Part shown: positions 1 to 12,697 of the stretch, one piece after another
Layout of the letters: every line of letters starts with the position of its first letter
How positions within the stretch are numbered: position 1 is the stretch's first letter
From: Eledone cirrhosa
Taxonomy: Eukaryota
NCBI GenBank assembly: GCA_964016885.1
Contig: OZ024741.1
Coordinates: 305,536,001 to 305,600,000 of the forward strand
DNA length: 64,000 nt
Direction: 5' to 3'
Made by a program: the position numbers and the translations under genes
The notes under the pieces: model-generated
Seen by the model: the letters and a program-made list of their open reading frames with translations, nothing else
The model's database searches: none
Told to the model about the DNA's origin: nothing

Positions 1-200
1 GACTGAGAACACCTGAAGTCTTAATGGTAACCAAGGACACCCAAGGTCTTAATGGTAACCAAGGATACCCGAGGTCTTAATGGTAACCAAGGACACCTGA
101 GGTCTTAATGGTGATTGAGGATACCTGAGAGCTTGACAGTGACCAAGGACACCAAAGATTTTGATGGTGACTGATGACACCTGAGGTCTTAATGGTGATT
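1..200. repeat. Degenerate ~24-bp minisatellite (GAGGTCTTAATGGTAACCAAGGACACC-like), truncated by window start
   Basis: GGTCTTAATGGT recurs about every 24 bp; related units lie near 7125-7265. Confidence 0.8.
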
Positions 201-559
201 AGCACACAAAGGAAGCAGTGAGTCAAGTCTTGGTATTTGGATATCTTCTGCTCTCCTGAAGTGACATGGTTGTAGGTGGGCAATGTATTGCTACACATTG
301 CATCTCAGGTTAGAGATTTATTCCCCTGCAATTGGTAAAAGTTATTCCACCTGGGAGTTTACTACTGTCACCACAGTTAAGGCTGATAAGCTCCAGTGGT
401 GATGGGAAACTGGCCACTTCAAGGTTCTCAAGAACTTCAAGAGGTTCTCAAAAATGTTGAGCCCCCCCCCCCCCCCCCCCCCCCAGTGCCCCCCAACCCT
501 ATTTCCAGAGAGACCTGCCTATATGCAAATTGTAAATAATATATAATAAATAAAATCGT

Positions 560-707
560 TAATTTATAATAAATAATATAATATATAATATAATATATAA
601 TATATAATATAATATATAATATAATATATAATATATAATATAATATATAATATATAATATATAATATAATATATAATATATAATATAATATATAATATAA
701 TATATAA
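560..707. repeat. AT-only low-complexity (ATATA/ATA)n tract
   Basis: Direct reading. Confidence 0.9.
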
Positions 708-1143
708 TCTCCTTATAATATATAACCAGCAATTTCTCTGTCTGTCTGTCCAACAGTGGAAACACGTGCGCGCGTGCGAATGTTTTTTGCGCACGCGTAG
801 AGAGAGAGTGAGAGTGAAAGAAAGAGACAGACTACAAGAGGGGGATAGCAGGAGGGAGAGAGGGGGGAATTGAGGAGTGCTACAGAAACATATATACATT
901 TCTGTGTGTGTGTAATATATATATATATACACACAAAGAAATATATATATATACACACAGAAATATATATACATTTCTGTGTGTGTAATATATATATATA
1001 TACACACAGAAATATATATACATTTCTGTGTGTGTAATATATATATATATATATATACACACACAGAAATATATATACATTTCTGTGTGTGTAATATATA
1101 TATATACTAGCAGAAAACCACGCGTTGGGCGGTTTTCTGCTAG
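708..1143 (+). mobile_element. Putative short non-autonomous Helitron
   Basis: Starts A|TCTCCTTATAATATATAACC...CTGTCTGTCTGTC (Helitron-like 5' end). Ends in the hairpin ACTAGCAGAAAACC/GGTTTTCTGCTAG, with CTAG at 1140-1143. Confidence 0.45.
880..1105. repeat. ~50-bp tandem repeat with a palindromic unit (CACACAGAAAT-atatatac-ATTTCTGTGTG)
   Basis: About 4 copies; each contains an 11-bp inverted repeat. Confidence 0.8.
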
Positions 1144-1445
1144 TCTATATATATAAAACTGAGGATGTCTGTCTGTGTGTGTGTGAGTTCGAATCCCTAA
1201 AACTCGAGAACCACCAAACCGACTGTTTTCAAACTTTACACATGTAATACTTATGTTTCAGGGAGTGTTTTGAGCAAAAGAAATTTCAAATTTTCAATGC
1301 CCTAGGGACAATATTAGGCGATTTAGCGATCTCTCTCTATAATTCTTAGTCTTTCTCTTTTTAGATAGATACATACATATAACGTCGCGCCCTTATAATA
1401 TCTGTCTGTATGTCTGCTGTCTGCATTACGTCACTTCCCTGAGGA

Positions 1446-1481
<36 letters not shown>

Positions 1482-2051
1482 TGAGTTTGAATCCCTAAAG
1501 CTCGAGAAGTACCGAACCGATATTTTTCAAACTTTACATGTGTATTACTTATGTTTCAGGGAGTGTTATGCAACTTTTTGATCTCCTAGGGCCCGCATTA
1601 GGTGAAAAACTGCGTCTTTTAAGCTTTTTAGGGGTCTTTTGAGGTGTTACGTCAGACCCATTTCCTTGAAATTGTAACTATGTATTAGTCAGTCTCTTCT
1701 TCATACCGTGAGCAAAGATAACTTTTTTATTGCCTTAGGTGAAAAACTTCATTTTTTCAGCATTTTAGGGCTTTTTGGAGGCGTTATGTCTAGCCAATTT
1801 TCCCGAAATTTCAAGGCATATTATGCACATAAAAAAAATTCATTTGCTTGATCCCCTAGGGCCCGCATTAGTTGAAAACCTGCATTTTTCCTGCTTCATC
1901 GAGGAAAATCTTAAAGATTATCCAGCCATCAGAGTATTCGGTTTATTTTCTTTACATATTGTCCAGGCATGCAGTTTTTCCACGATTAGGTCTGTTGGCG
2001 GCTCGTGTTCCAAAATACCTTATCCCATGCAACGCCGTGTACCACTGCTAG
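1144..2051 (+). mobile_element. Non-autonomous Helitron
   Basis: 5' end TCTATATATATAAAACTGAGGATGTCTGTCTGTG; 3' end GCAACGCCGTGTACCACTGCTAG|T. Internal duplication (1159-1270 vs 1440-1570). Closely related copy at 50695-51387. Confidence 0.75.
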
Positions 2052-2127
2052 TATATAATATAATATACTATGTATAAATAAATATATATTTTTTATTTTA
2101 CTATATTTATATATAATATGTATCATT

Positions 2128-2346
2128 TAATATTTAACTGGCCATATCCGGCCAGAATTCTCTCACCTCTTTCTGTTTAAACCAGCCATAACTGGCCACT
2201 CATTCTTATGATAAGGTATTGTTCTCAAAATAAATAACATCAAAATCTCGCAGATTCGATATTATGTGAGATAATTATGTAAGATAAAGGCTTTACCACA
2301 AAAATACATTAGTATATATAGAGTAATGTAAATGCTAAAGGGTTAA
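2128..2346. mobile_element. TTAA/CCC (piggyBac-like) MITE, left end decayed
   Basis: Ends GTAAATGCTAAAGGG-TTAA; homologous to 6625-6819 and 7709-9112. Confidence 0.7.
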
Positions 2347-2959
2347 TATACTTTTATATCATCTCTACCAACCCTTCCATCTCCCCCTTAAGCCGCAGAG
2401 CCCCCTTAGGCCCAGCGCCCTCTGGGAGACAGTAACACCTACTTTGAGAACCTCTTATCTACAGTACTTAAAACCCACAAAATTCCTCCTTTGACCATAA
2501 TTTCTTCTAAAATATATTCTCAGTCTTTCATCTCCAGCTCTACAAATCCATTGAACCTTGGAACTCCTTCTATGATCAAATTTCTTCTGAGAGAATAGAC
2601 ACAATAGAGTAAAAGATACAAATAATTGCATACTCACTGACCTGCAGTTATGTGTGGCCAATGAGGCCACATCTAACTCTGCTATTATTGGAAATCTGGT
2701 GCCAAATAAGAGAGTTGGCAGCACTGTCATTTATACAGGAAGGCAATGTCATGTGGTATTAGGTCAAATCTGTGGGTTTGCACTGAAATTAGTTGCATAT
2801 ATTAATATGCCAATAGATACAATACGAAAATAGTTATTGTTTCATGCACTATAACAAACCAGCTATGTATAATTCCTCTAAAAGTCTTTCAACTCTAATA
2901 TTACAAACCCAGGACATTCTTTTGCACAGGTTTAACTTTATATATACCTACAGCAAGGG

Positions 2960-3600
2960 CTCACAGGAAACAAGCTCTATCAAATGCTTAGAGGATTCCA
3001 TAAAAGTAGTTGAGAGTGACCTGGGTGACGAAATTAGCAGTGGAGGTGGGTGTTCTGAAAGTACAGCAGACAAAGTAAGAATGAGATGAAAAAAGTTCAG
3101 GGAGGTACTACCAGTGCTAGTTACAAAAGGTCTTTTTCCTCGGAATGCAGAGCAGATTGTATGATGCATGTATACAAACAGCAATACTGCATGGATGTGA
3201 GACTGTTTGCAGAGGACCTATTAAAATTGGAAAGAAATGAAGGTCACATGCTTTGATGGATGTGTAATAGTAGTATACATGAACAGTGAAGCATCAATGA
3301 ACTGAGAGAGAAACTGGGCACAATAGCTGTCAGATGCAGTGTGAAAGAGAGGAGACTCCAATGGTATAGAAATGTAAGGCATATGGAGGTTGATAACAGT
3401 AAAAGAAGTGCAGGGTACTTGAAGCTGAAGGAAACTATGGAAGAAGAAGACCTAGTAAAGTATGGGATAAAGTGATAAAAGTTGACCTCTCACAATTAAA
3501 CCTCTCAAAGATGATGGATGACACAGAATCAAGATATCTAGTGATATGCTGGTCTGCAGAATACCTACCTTCCCATGTGCACAGGATGAAGTAAACATCT
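2960..3600 (+). pseudogene. RTE-clade LINE, decayed C-terminal RT region
   Basis: Translates to LGDEISSGGGCSESTADKVRMR*KKFREVLPVL...; similar to the RTE piece at 16975-17404. Confidence 0.75.
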
Positions 3601-4484
3601 AGAGGACACAAGTCTGCACCTTCCTCCATCTTAATACTCACCCACCCCCTCCTCACTAGCTAAGTATTCCACCCTAGACCTCTCTCATTCACTTCCCCCA
3701 TCCCCATCGTGCATACACATTTCACTCTCCCAGCCCCCCAAGAACCACCTTCCACATATCCTGTCCAACCCATGCATGGAAAGCTAGTAATGCTCCACAC
3801 CTGCTCTCACACAGTGCTGCTGTCATGGCAAAAATAAAAAAAAGCACTTATTCCATCCTCTAACATGGTTGTGCTGGTGACATAACAAAAAGCACTCAGT
3901 CTCTCTTTAAGGTGGGTCCACTTTGTAGGTGGTCTTGTTGAAAAAGCACTCAGTCTAACCTGACAGATGATCATTTTAGTGCCACTGTAAAAAGCACCCA
4001 TCCCATGTTGTAATGTGGTTGGCATTAGGAAAGGCAACCAGCTGTTAAATGGTGATGATGATGATGATGATGTATATATATATTTGAAAATAAGCTTAAT
4101 ACTTATTTTATCAATCAGTTTTTATCAAACCACTAAGTTACCAGATATAAACACCAGATAGAGTCACGAAAGTAAATACAGACATGAACACACACTCATA
4201 AACAAACTCTCGGTCCCAAATAATAGGAGTAGAGTAGAATAAGCCATAATTTTTCTAAGTTGTCTATATTGGGGGGGGGGGGGGGGATAAGAGCGGGAGT
4301 AGGTTTAAAAAAAATCTGAAAAATTAAAAGGAGGGAGGTGACGACGACGATTACTAGCCACCCAAGAGTACATACATGCATTCGTACATACATTATTTAA
4401 AAATATGTGCACCCTACAATCAAATTTAAACTGTTTCCTACTCAACTATCAAAACGTTTTTTAATATTTATACACTACTTTCTT

Positions 4485-4996
4485 TAACCCTTTCATGACT
4501 GCATTTCTAATGAAATACTCTTTATTTTAATTAATTAATGAAAAATTTACTAAAATTATTAATTATTTCATTACTAAGATGTGGTTAGAATGCCTTAGGA
4601 AAGAATCACTGGACAGATTTTACGGACAAAACCAGCCGGCAGGTGGCCCATGGGTAGACCCCAAGTAATATGGTTGGATAATATCCATGAGCTTAGCTGG
4701 TCATGCTTGGGGATCCAGCTGGATTAGTTGGAACTGGTTGCTTCTGTCAGGACCCACTGGAAGGAGTGTTTGAGGACTCTGCTCCCACGGCCCTCTCAAG
4801 AATAAGTGGGTGAAGAAGAAGAAGAAGAAGAAGAAGAAGAAGAAGAAGAAGAAGAAGAAGATAGTAACTTAATGTAAGATTCTTATATAAAATTATGTAG
4901 GAAAATTTTTTACATAAATTCGAAACCTTTAAAATGGGTGGTTTTATTTCATAGAACCAAAGCCGGTTTTAGCCAGATTGGTATCTAAAGGGTTAA
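4485..4996. mobile_element. TTAA-flanked MITE containing a nested RTE 3' end (about 4589-4860, (GAA)n tail)
   Basis: TTAACCCTTT...AAAGGGTTAA termini; the insert is homologous to 15918-16147 and 57950-58160. Confidence 0.6.
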
Positions 4997-5429
4997 AATA
5001 TGTAGTGCTAAGTTGAATAATGGTCTTATAAGTCTCAATTAGAAACATTTTATCTGTCAATCTATCTAGCTATTATTGTTTTATGTCTATTAAAGTCAAA
5101 CAAACAATGTTTGATAGTGGAATCATCATCATCATCCTTACCACCACCACCACCGCTGCCACCACCACCACCACCACCACCATCACCACCACCACCATCA
5201 CCACCATCAACATCATCATCATCATCATCACTGTGTCTCACTCTTATGTTCCATTTCTACAGCTGGATGTTCTTCTTAATGCCAAATGCTTCAGGGCATA
5301 TATCAAGTGTGTTTTATCATGACACCACTATTACCACTTGGCAGGGTGGATTAGGTGTTTTTTTTTTTATTATGGCACCACCCCTACCACTTTACAGGGT
5401 GGGCTGTGTGCATTTCATTGCAGCAACAG

Positions 5430-5630
5430 GACTTCTGTAGTTTCCACTTAACAAATTCCACTCAAAAAGCATTGGTTAACCCAAGGTTATAGTAGAAGAT
5501 ACTTGCCCAATGTTCCAAAGCACCAAATCTTGTGATTGTGAAGCACACTTAGCCAAAGTTCCACACACGGGGACAGAATCCAGAACAACATGGTTGCACA
5601 CTGAACTCCTTAAACACACAGACATGCCTG
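5430..5630 (-). mobile_element. tRNA-derived SINE (family C)
   Basis: Reverse complement of the family at 15773-15917 (GGGCAAGTGYCTTCTACTATA core). Confidence 0.6.
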
Positions 5631-6019
5631 TATCTAATATGATTGTTTACCATAGTTTTCATTAGCAGCTTCAATAGAAGTTGGAATCCTTACAAATACA
5701 TAAAGAATAACATAAAGACAAAAAAAAATAAATATCATTAATGAGAACAATGCAAAAAAAAAAAAAACTCCCTCAGAATGCCCTTTTGACTTTGAAATAA
5801 ATGTAGGTGTATATACATATACATAAATATATGCGTGTGTATATATATATATATTCACACACACACACACATATATACATACATGCATACACAGATATAT
5901 ATTCATATATAGTTAAAATATACATACACACATATATACACACACATACACACACACGTGCACACACACATACACACATATATGATTATGTGGGACTATA
6001 CCTTATATATATATATATA

Positions 6020-6198
6020 TAGGAAAAGGTATGACCCCGACGGCAGAGCTCAAGCCGTTTAGACGGCTATTTCAGTCCAGAAAGCCTTGAGCTCTGCCGT
6101 CGGGGTCATACCTTTTCCTATTACCCACTCTACTACCCTAAGTATTGAGTACTCTGGTGCATTATGGTCCATCTGGTTCCTTACCACAATTCCTTTGT
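6020..6198 (+). mobile_element. Fold-back mini-element in (TA)n, 'GACCCCGACGG' family, with the 3' half of a hammerhead
   Basis: 35-bp perfect inverted repeat (6020-6054/6086-6120) plus a ~78-bp tail. GAAA-GC-cttga-GC-TC motif; no CUGANGA. Homologues at 25112 and 31702. Confidence 0.7.
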
Positions 6199-6624
6199 TA
6201 TATATATATATGTAAATGTTAGTGCTGGCGCCACAACAAAAAGCACCCAGTCCACCCTGTAAGGCAGCAGTGATGATACCATGATAAAAGGCTTCCAGTA
6301 CTCGCTGTAAAGTGGTTGGTATTAGGAAGAGCATCAGGCCATAGAAATTTAGCCCAAAATAGAATATATGGGTTAGACATGGTCACCTGACCTATCTAGC
6401 CTCAGAATGAGACAATCCCGTCCAACTCATACAAGCATGGAAAATGGATGTTAAACAATGATGATGATGATGATGACACACACATCAACTCTATATTGTT
6501 TAGTTTGAGTTTCTAAATAACTACAATACAAGGATACTACATCCACATGGTTGCTTTATCTGCTAGAAATAACAGCCAAATTTCTACAAATCATGCCTTG
6601 CTATCTTTAAAAAGGAACTTTACT

Positions 6625-6819
6625 CCTTTAATATTTTAGCATTTAAACAGGCTGTATCCAGCCAGAATTCTCTCCCTTCTTTCTGTTTAAACTGGCCTAT
6701 TGTAGATAATATCAAAATCTTGTAGATTCAATTTTATGTAAGATAATTTTGTCAGATAAAGTCTTTACCACAAAAAAATAATAGTATATATAGAGTAATG
6801 TAAATGCTAAAAGGGTTAA
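6625..6819. mobile_element. TTAA/CCC (piggyBac-like) MITE
   Basis: Homologous to 2128-2346; ends AAATGCTAAAAGGG-TTAA. Confidence 0.7.
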
Positions 6820-7527
6820 GTGACACTTTGCTTTATAGTTTTTGGTAATATTTCTGCTTCAAAATTACATATCTATTTGTTTATCTTTATACACAGGAAA
6901 AGAGAAAGAAAAAGAAAAAAAAAAGAGGCAAGGAGGAGGAAAAAGGGAGAGAGATTGGGAAAGAGCACACTCTACATGATTGACTGCATTACACAAACAA
7001 GATGGTAAAAGTACCGCTTCAGAAAACAGCCTGTTTCCCAGTGTATCAGCCATTCCTGCTCATGGGATTTTTCCTTTGGTGTGATTCCCCTTTCCTGATC
7101 TTACAGAGGAAAATGATGACATTCTGGGGATTGAGGACATTGGAGGTTTTGATGGCAAATAGTCCAAAACAGAAATGATCAGTCAAAGCCTGGTATTTAG
7201 TTATCTACCGTTCTTCTGTGGCAGTCTGGTGACTGAGGACATTGGAGGTTCTCAATGGTAAAGGATATAAGATGGAATTCCTCTGTATTACAGGTTCTGA
7301 TAGCCTGTGGCTAAAGTGATGAGGTTGGCTCAGAACAACTGATACCCTGTGGCTAAAGTGATGAGGTTGGTTCAGGAGAATGTGTTGCAGCATTAGAGAA
7401 CAGTTCACATATTTACAGATGGTATAACATTGTTTCTCTCAAGGTTGATGATGGGTCATGTGTCACTTTGGACAATGAATTAATGTGTAAGTGGTTGAGT
7501 ATTCCACAGACACTTGTACCCTTAAGG

Positions 7528-7702
7528 CAGGGTTTCCCAAAAGCTGGATCCTTTTTGGTTCAGAAACTTTTGAGGGAACTCCAAAATCTAATACTGTTAT
7601 ATGGTCGTCATATAAATATACACCTCTATCTTTTTTCATGGTACCCCAGACACTCCTTTGCGAACCCCTGGGGTTCTGCAGAACCTACTTTGGGAACCAC
7701 TG
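7528..7702. mobile_element. hAT-like MITE
   Basis: Imperfect TIRs CAGGGTTTCCCAAA / TTTGGGAACCACTG. Confidence 0.6.
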
Positions 7703-7708
7703 CTTTAA

Positions 7709-9112
7709 CCCTTTAGCATTTAAACTGGCCATATCTGGCCAGAATTCTCTCACCTCTTTCTGTTCAAACTGGCTGTAACCGGCTGCTCATGATGTTATGT
7801 TAATGTTCTCAAAATAAATAATATCAAAATCTCATAGATTCGATATTATGTGAGATAATTATGTGAAGTAAAGTGTTTATCGTGAAAATATAATAGTAAA
7901 TATAGAGTAATCTATCTATCTAGGGCGGGTAAAATTCCCAAGATCCATGGACGAGTTCTCTCCAGTGGTCTCTGTCCCTCATTATCGCTGCCATGTCCTG
8001 CGTCTCCAACAGACCAGTGTCTGTCCTTAGGGTATCAACATATGTTAACCTCGGTCTTCCTCTTCCAGTGTGTCCATGCAGGGGCTCTCACAGGAGCACT
8101 GAGTGCAGTGTCAACTCTGGATGTCGGTGGGCATGTCCGGCTAACCTCAGTCTCCTCTGTGTCACTTTTGAGCTGATTTTGGAAGGCTCCGTACAGCTCT
8201 GAGTTTTTTATCCTCAGTGTATACTGATTAATGATCAGAGCCATCCTCAGCATTCTAGTGTAGGACCAATCCACCATCTGAGTGAGTTTCTTGGTCAGTG
8301 TCCAAGTCTCAGACCCGTACAGCAGCATAGACTCCACTACAGCAATGAAGAGGCGGATCTTCAGGCCTTTACGAAGGTCCGACTTCCACACTGGTCTCAA
8401 GCTGTGGCACGCTGCCCAGGCTTTGCTCTTCCTCTCGATCACATCATCTTCTGTATTCACCAATCTTTGCTCCCAAATACAGGAAGTCCTCAACCAACTC
8501 TAGCGGCTTCCCGCCTACATTCATAATCTTCTCTAGCTTCTTAATATTCTCTACCAGATACTTCGTCTTAATCTCATTCATTCTCAGCCCCACACTCATC
8601 GACACAATCTCAACCTCCTGCATCAACTCCTCTGCCTCCCTCATTGTGTTTGTTACCAAAACTATGTTGTCGGCAAATTCAGCATCCGATATCTTTTTTG
8701 CCTTAACTCTCCTGCTCTGATCCGGTGTTAGAGTAAAGCCAGAGTCCTGGTGTTTTTCCAGTGCAAGGTGCATACAATAGTCCACTACGATGATAAAAAG
8801 GTAGGGAGCCAATGTATCTCCTGGAGCACTCCAGTATCTCAAAGAACTCCGTGATTCCATCAGGGACAACCAGAACGGCTTCGGAGAGGGAAGATCAACC
8901 ACCAGTCACATCCTGATGCTGAGCACGATATTAGAGGGAGCAAAGTGCCTTCCTGCGGTCATGGTTTTCATTGACTTTAGGAAGGCCTTTGATTCTGTGG
9001 ACCGTCACTGCCTGATGAAGATCTTACAGGCTTATGGAATCCCCAAGAAGATAGTGGACCTGATATCACTGCTCTACACCAACACCAATAGAGTAATGTA
9101 AATGCTAAAGGG
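7709..9112. mobile_element. TTAA/CCC (piggyBac-like) MITE interrupted by an RTE LINE
   Basis: TTAA at 7705-7708 and 9113-9116; TIRs CCCTTTAGCATTTA / TAAATGCTAAAGGG. Confidence 0.8.
7912..9087 (-). mobile_element. 5'-truncated, 5'-inverted RTE-type LINE (RT pseudogene)
   Basis: Minus strand: GVLQGDTLAPYLF...EFADNIVL...LLYGSETWTLT with a (GATA)n tail. Plus strand 8841-9087: QNGFGEGRSTT...FIDFRKAFDSV. 10-bp TSD ATAGAGTAAT at 7902-7911 and 9088-9097. Confidence 0.85.
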
Positions 9113-9517
9113 TTAACGTAATAATTACCAAGCTGAATCAATGTCACACAATATGTGACATGACTGGACTTTTGAATTACAGGTATAGTTCAACTTGTAT
9201 TACAACATAAGTGGCCAAGAATTCCACAAATATGTAATTCCCGGGCTATATCAGCATAAGATGATACATGACAAGGCTGTACCTTTGAACTATAGGTATA
9301 GTGTATCTTGTATTACTGTGTAAGTAGTAGTTGAGTATTTCACAAATAAGTGTACCCTTGACTTAGTTCACAGGAAGATTCAGCATCATATAATGTGACT
9401 AGGTTGGTCCTTGGAATTACAGGCACAGTCTAATCTTTTGTTGCACATTCCCTCTCACTCTCTCTCTCTCTCTCTCTCTCTCTTACTCTTACTGTTTCAT
9501 ATTTGTTACTTCTTCAG

Positions 9518-10015
9518 CACACACACACAGACAGACACACACACACATACACAGACACACAGACACACACACATACAAACACATTTATAAACATACACAC
9601 ACAAATACAGGCACATACAGATACAGGCACAGACGGCCCTACACATAAACACACACATACAAATACAGGCACAAACATACAGACACACACAGATACATAC
9701 ACAGATACACACACAGATACACATACACAGATACACACACATACATAGATACAGACACAGATACACACACACACACACACGCACACTTACGCACACAGAT
9801 AAGACACAAACACCCCTACATACAGATACAATCACAGACACACACAGACAACAAACACAGACACAAACATACACATACATATACAGAGATACACACACAA
9901 ACAACTCTACACACATAAAAACAAAGACACATAAAAACACAGACACAAACATACACATACAGACACAGATACAGACACAAACACTCTACACACAGATACA
10001 AATATACACACACAC
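9518..10015. repeat. Degenerate (CA)n/(ACAG)n microsatellite
   Basis: Direct reading. Confidence 0.9.
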
Positions 10016-10539
10016 TTACTATTTCCATTTGTATCGCTGAATTTATTTTCTCTTTCATCTCTTCTCTTCTCTTTCCTCCTTCAATTTTTATCATTCACTC
10101 AATGATGTTAAAAATCATATTCAGTTCTTCTCCACACAAAACACAAGAAAAATATGCCGAAGAATGTGTTCAAGACCTCCCTTATCTTCAACAACGCAAA
10201 GCACCATGACTGGAATTTGGTTTTTGAAGCCCACAACAAAAAATACGTATATAATTAAATGAAACAGGTGAAAGTAATGTAAGGTAAATAAGGAAAATAT
10301 TTATGTTATTTAGTAGAACAGTATGAAGCAATAATAATTTATTTATTTATTAATGCTTTCTTACATAAGGTCACACAAATAATTCTTTCTAACATAGGCA
10401 CAAGGCCAGCAATTTTGGGAAAGGAGGAAGCTGATTATATTGACTTTGGTACTTAATGATGGTTTCATACCTAACACCACAATAACAAATATGGTTTCTT
10501 ACATAAGGCCGCAATAATAATGGTTTATTATATAAGGTC

Positions 10540-12515
10540 ACAATAATAGTGATGGTTTTTTTTACATAATGTTTCAACAATAATGGTTTATTATATAAGG
10601 TCACAATAATAGTGATGGTTTTCTTACATAAGGTTTCAATAATAATGGTTTATTATATAAGGCCACAATAATGATAATGGTTTCTTACATAAGGTTTCAA
10701 CAATAATGGTTTATTATATAAGGTCACAATAATGATAATGGTTTCTTACATAAGGTTTCAACAATAATGGTTTATTATATAAGGTCACAATAATGATAAT
10801 GGTTTCTTACATAAGGTTTCAATAATAATGGTTTATTATATAAGGCCACAATAATGATAATGGTTTCTTACATAATGTTTCAATAATAATGGTTTATTAT
10901 ATAAGGCCACAATAATGATAATGGTTTCTTACATAAGGTTTCAATAATAATAATGGTTTATTATATAAGGCCACAATAATGATAATGGTTTCTTACATAA
11001 GGTTTCAATAATAATGGTTTATTATATAAGGCCACAATAATGATAATGGTTTCTTACATAAGGTTTCAATAATAATGGTTTATTATATAAGGCCACAATA
11101 ATGATAATGGTTTCTTACATAAGGTTTCAATAATAATGGTTTATTATATACGGCCACAATAATGATAATCGTTTCTTACATAAGGTTTCAATAATAATGG
11201 TTTATTATATAATGCCACAATAATGATAATGGTTTCTTACATAAGGTTTCAACAATAATGGTTTATTATATAAGGTCACAATAATGATAATGGTTTCTTA
11301 CATAAGGTTTCAACAATAATGGTTTATTATATAAGGTCACAATAATGATAATGGTTTCTTACATAAGGTTTCAATAATAATGGTTTATTATATAAGGCCA
11401 CAATAATGATAATGGTTTCTTACATAAGGTTTCAATAATAATGGTTTATATAAGGCCACAATAATGATAATGGTTTCTTACATAAGGTTTCAACAATAAT
11501 GGTTTATTATATAAGGTCACAATAATGATAATGGTTTCTTACATAAGGTTTCAATAATAATGGTTTATTATATAAGGCCACAATAATGATAATGGTTTCT
11601 TACATAAGGTTTCAATAATAATGGTTTATTATATAAGGCCACAATAATGATAATGGTTTCTTACATAAGGTTTCAACAATAATGGTTTATTATATAAGGT
11701 CACAATAATGATAATAGTTTCTTACATAAGGTTTCAATAATAATGGTTTATTATATAAGGCCACAATAATGATAATGGTTTCTTACATAAGGTTTCAATA
11801 ATAATGGTTTATTATATAAGGCCACAATAATGATAATGGTTTCTTACATAAGGTTTCAACAATAATGGTTTATTATATAAGGCCACAATAATGATAATGG
11901 TTTCTTACATAAGGTTTCAATAATAATGGTTTATTATATAAGGCCACAATAATGATAATGGTTTCTTACATAAGGTTTCAATAATAATGGTTTATTATAT
12001 AAGGCCACAATAATGATAATAGTTTCTTACATAAGGTTTCAATAATAATGGTTTATTATATAAGGCCACAATAATGATAATGGTTTCTTACATAAGGTTT
12101 CAATAATAATGGTTTATTATATAAAGCCACAATAATGATAATGGTTTCTTACATAAGGTTTCAACAATAATGGTTTATTATATAAGGCCACAATAATGAT
12201 AATGGTTTCTTACATAAGGTTTCAATAATAATGGTTTATTATATAAGGCCACAATAATGATAATGGTTTCTTACATAAGGTTTCAATAATAATGGTTTAT
12301 TATATAAGGCCACAATAATGATAATGGTTTCTTACATAAGGTTTCAATAATAATGGTTTATTATATAAGGCCACAATAATGATAATGGTTTCTTACATAA
12401 GGTTTCAACAATAATGGTTTATTATATAAGGTCACAATAATGATAATGGTTTCTTACATAAGGTTTCAATAATAATGGTTTATTATATAAGGCCACAATA
12501 ATGATAATGGTTTCT
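10540..12515. repeat. 61-bp tandem satellite (dimer of two ~30-bp subunits), about 32 copies
   Basis: Unit AATAATGATAATGGTTTCTTACATAAGGTTTCAATAATAATGGTTTATTATATAAGGCCAC; the register shifts 1 nt per 60-nt line. Confidence 0.95.
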
Positions 12516-12697
12516 GAATTTGGCACAAGGTCCGCAATTTGTAGGGGAAGGGAAAGTTGATTGAATCGACCCAGTGCATTAATTATTGACCCTGTAAGGC
12601 AAAGCTAACTTTGGTGGGATTTGAACTCAGAATGTAAAGTGCCATAACTCTATGCTGCAAAACATAGTGCCCGTTGCCTTACTGGTACTGCCAATCC
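12500..12697 (-). mobile_element. tRNA-derived SINE (family A)
   Basis: B-box GAGTTCAAATCC on the minus strand; 3' end CCTTGTGCCAAATTCAGAAACCATT. Confidence 0.75.

Noticed and set aside
2455-2785. Two possible minus-strand exons with plausible splice signals
   Set aside because: Stops in most frames and no recognisable protein; cannot be supported without RNA data
10540-12515. Regular array considered as CRISPR
   Set aside because: Units are contiguous near-identical copies with no variable spacers
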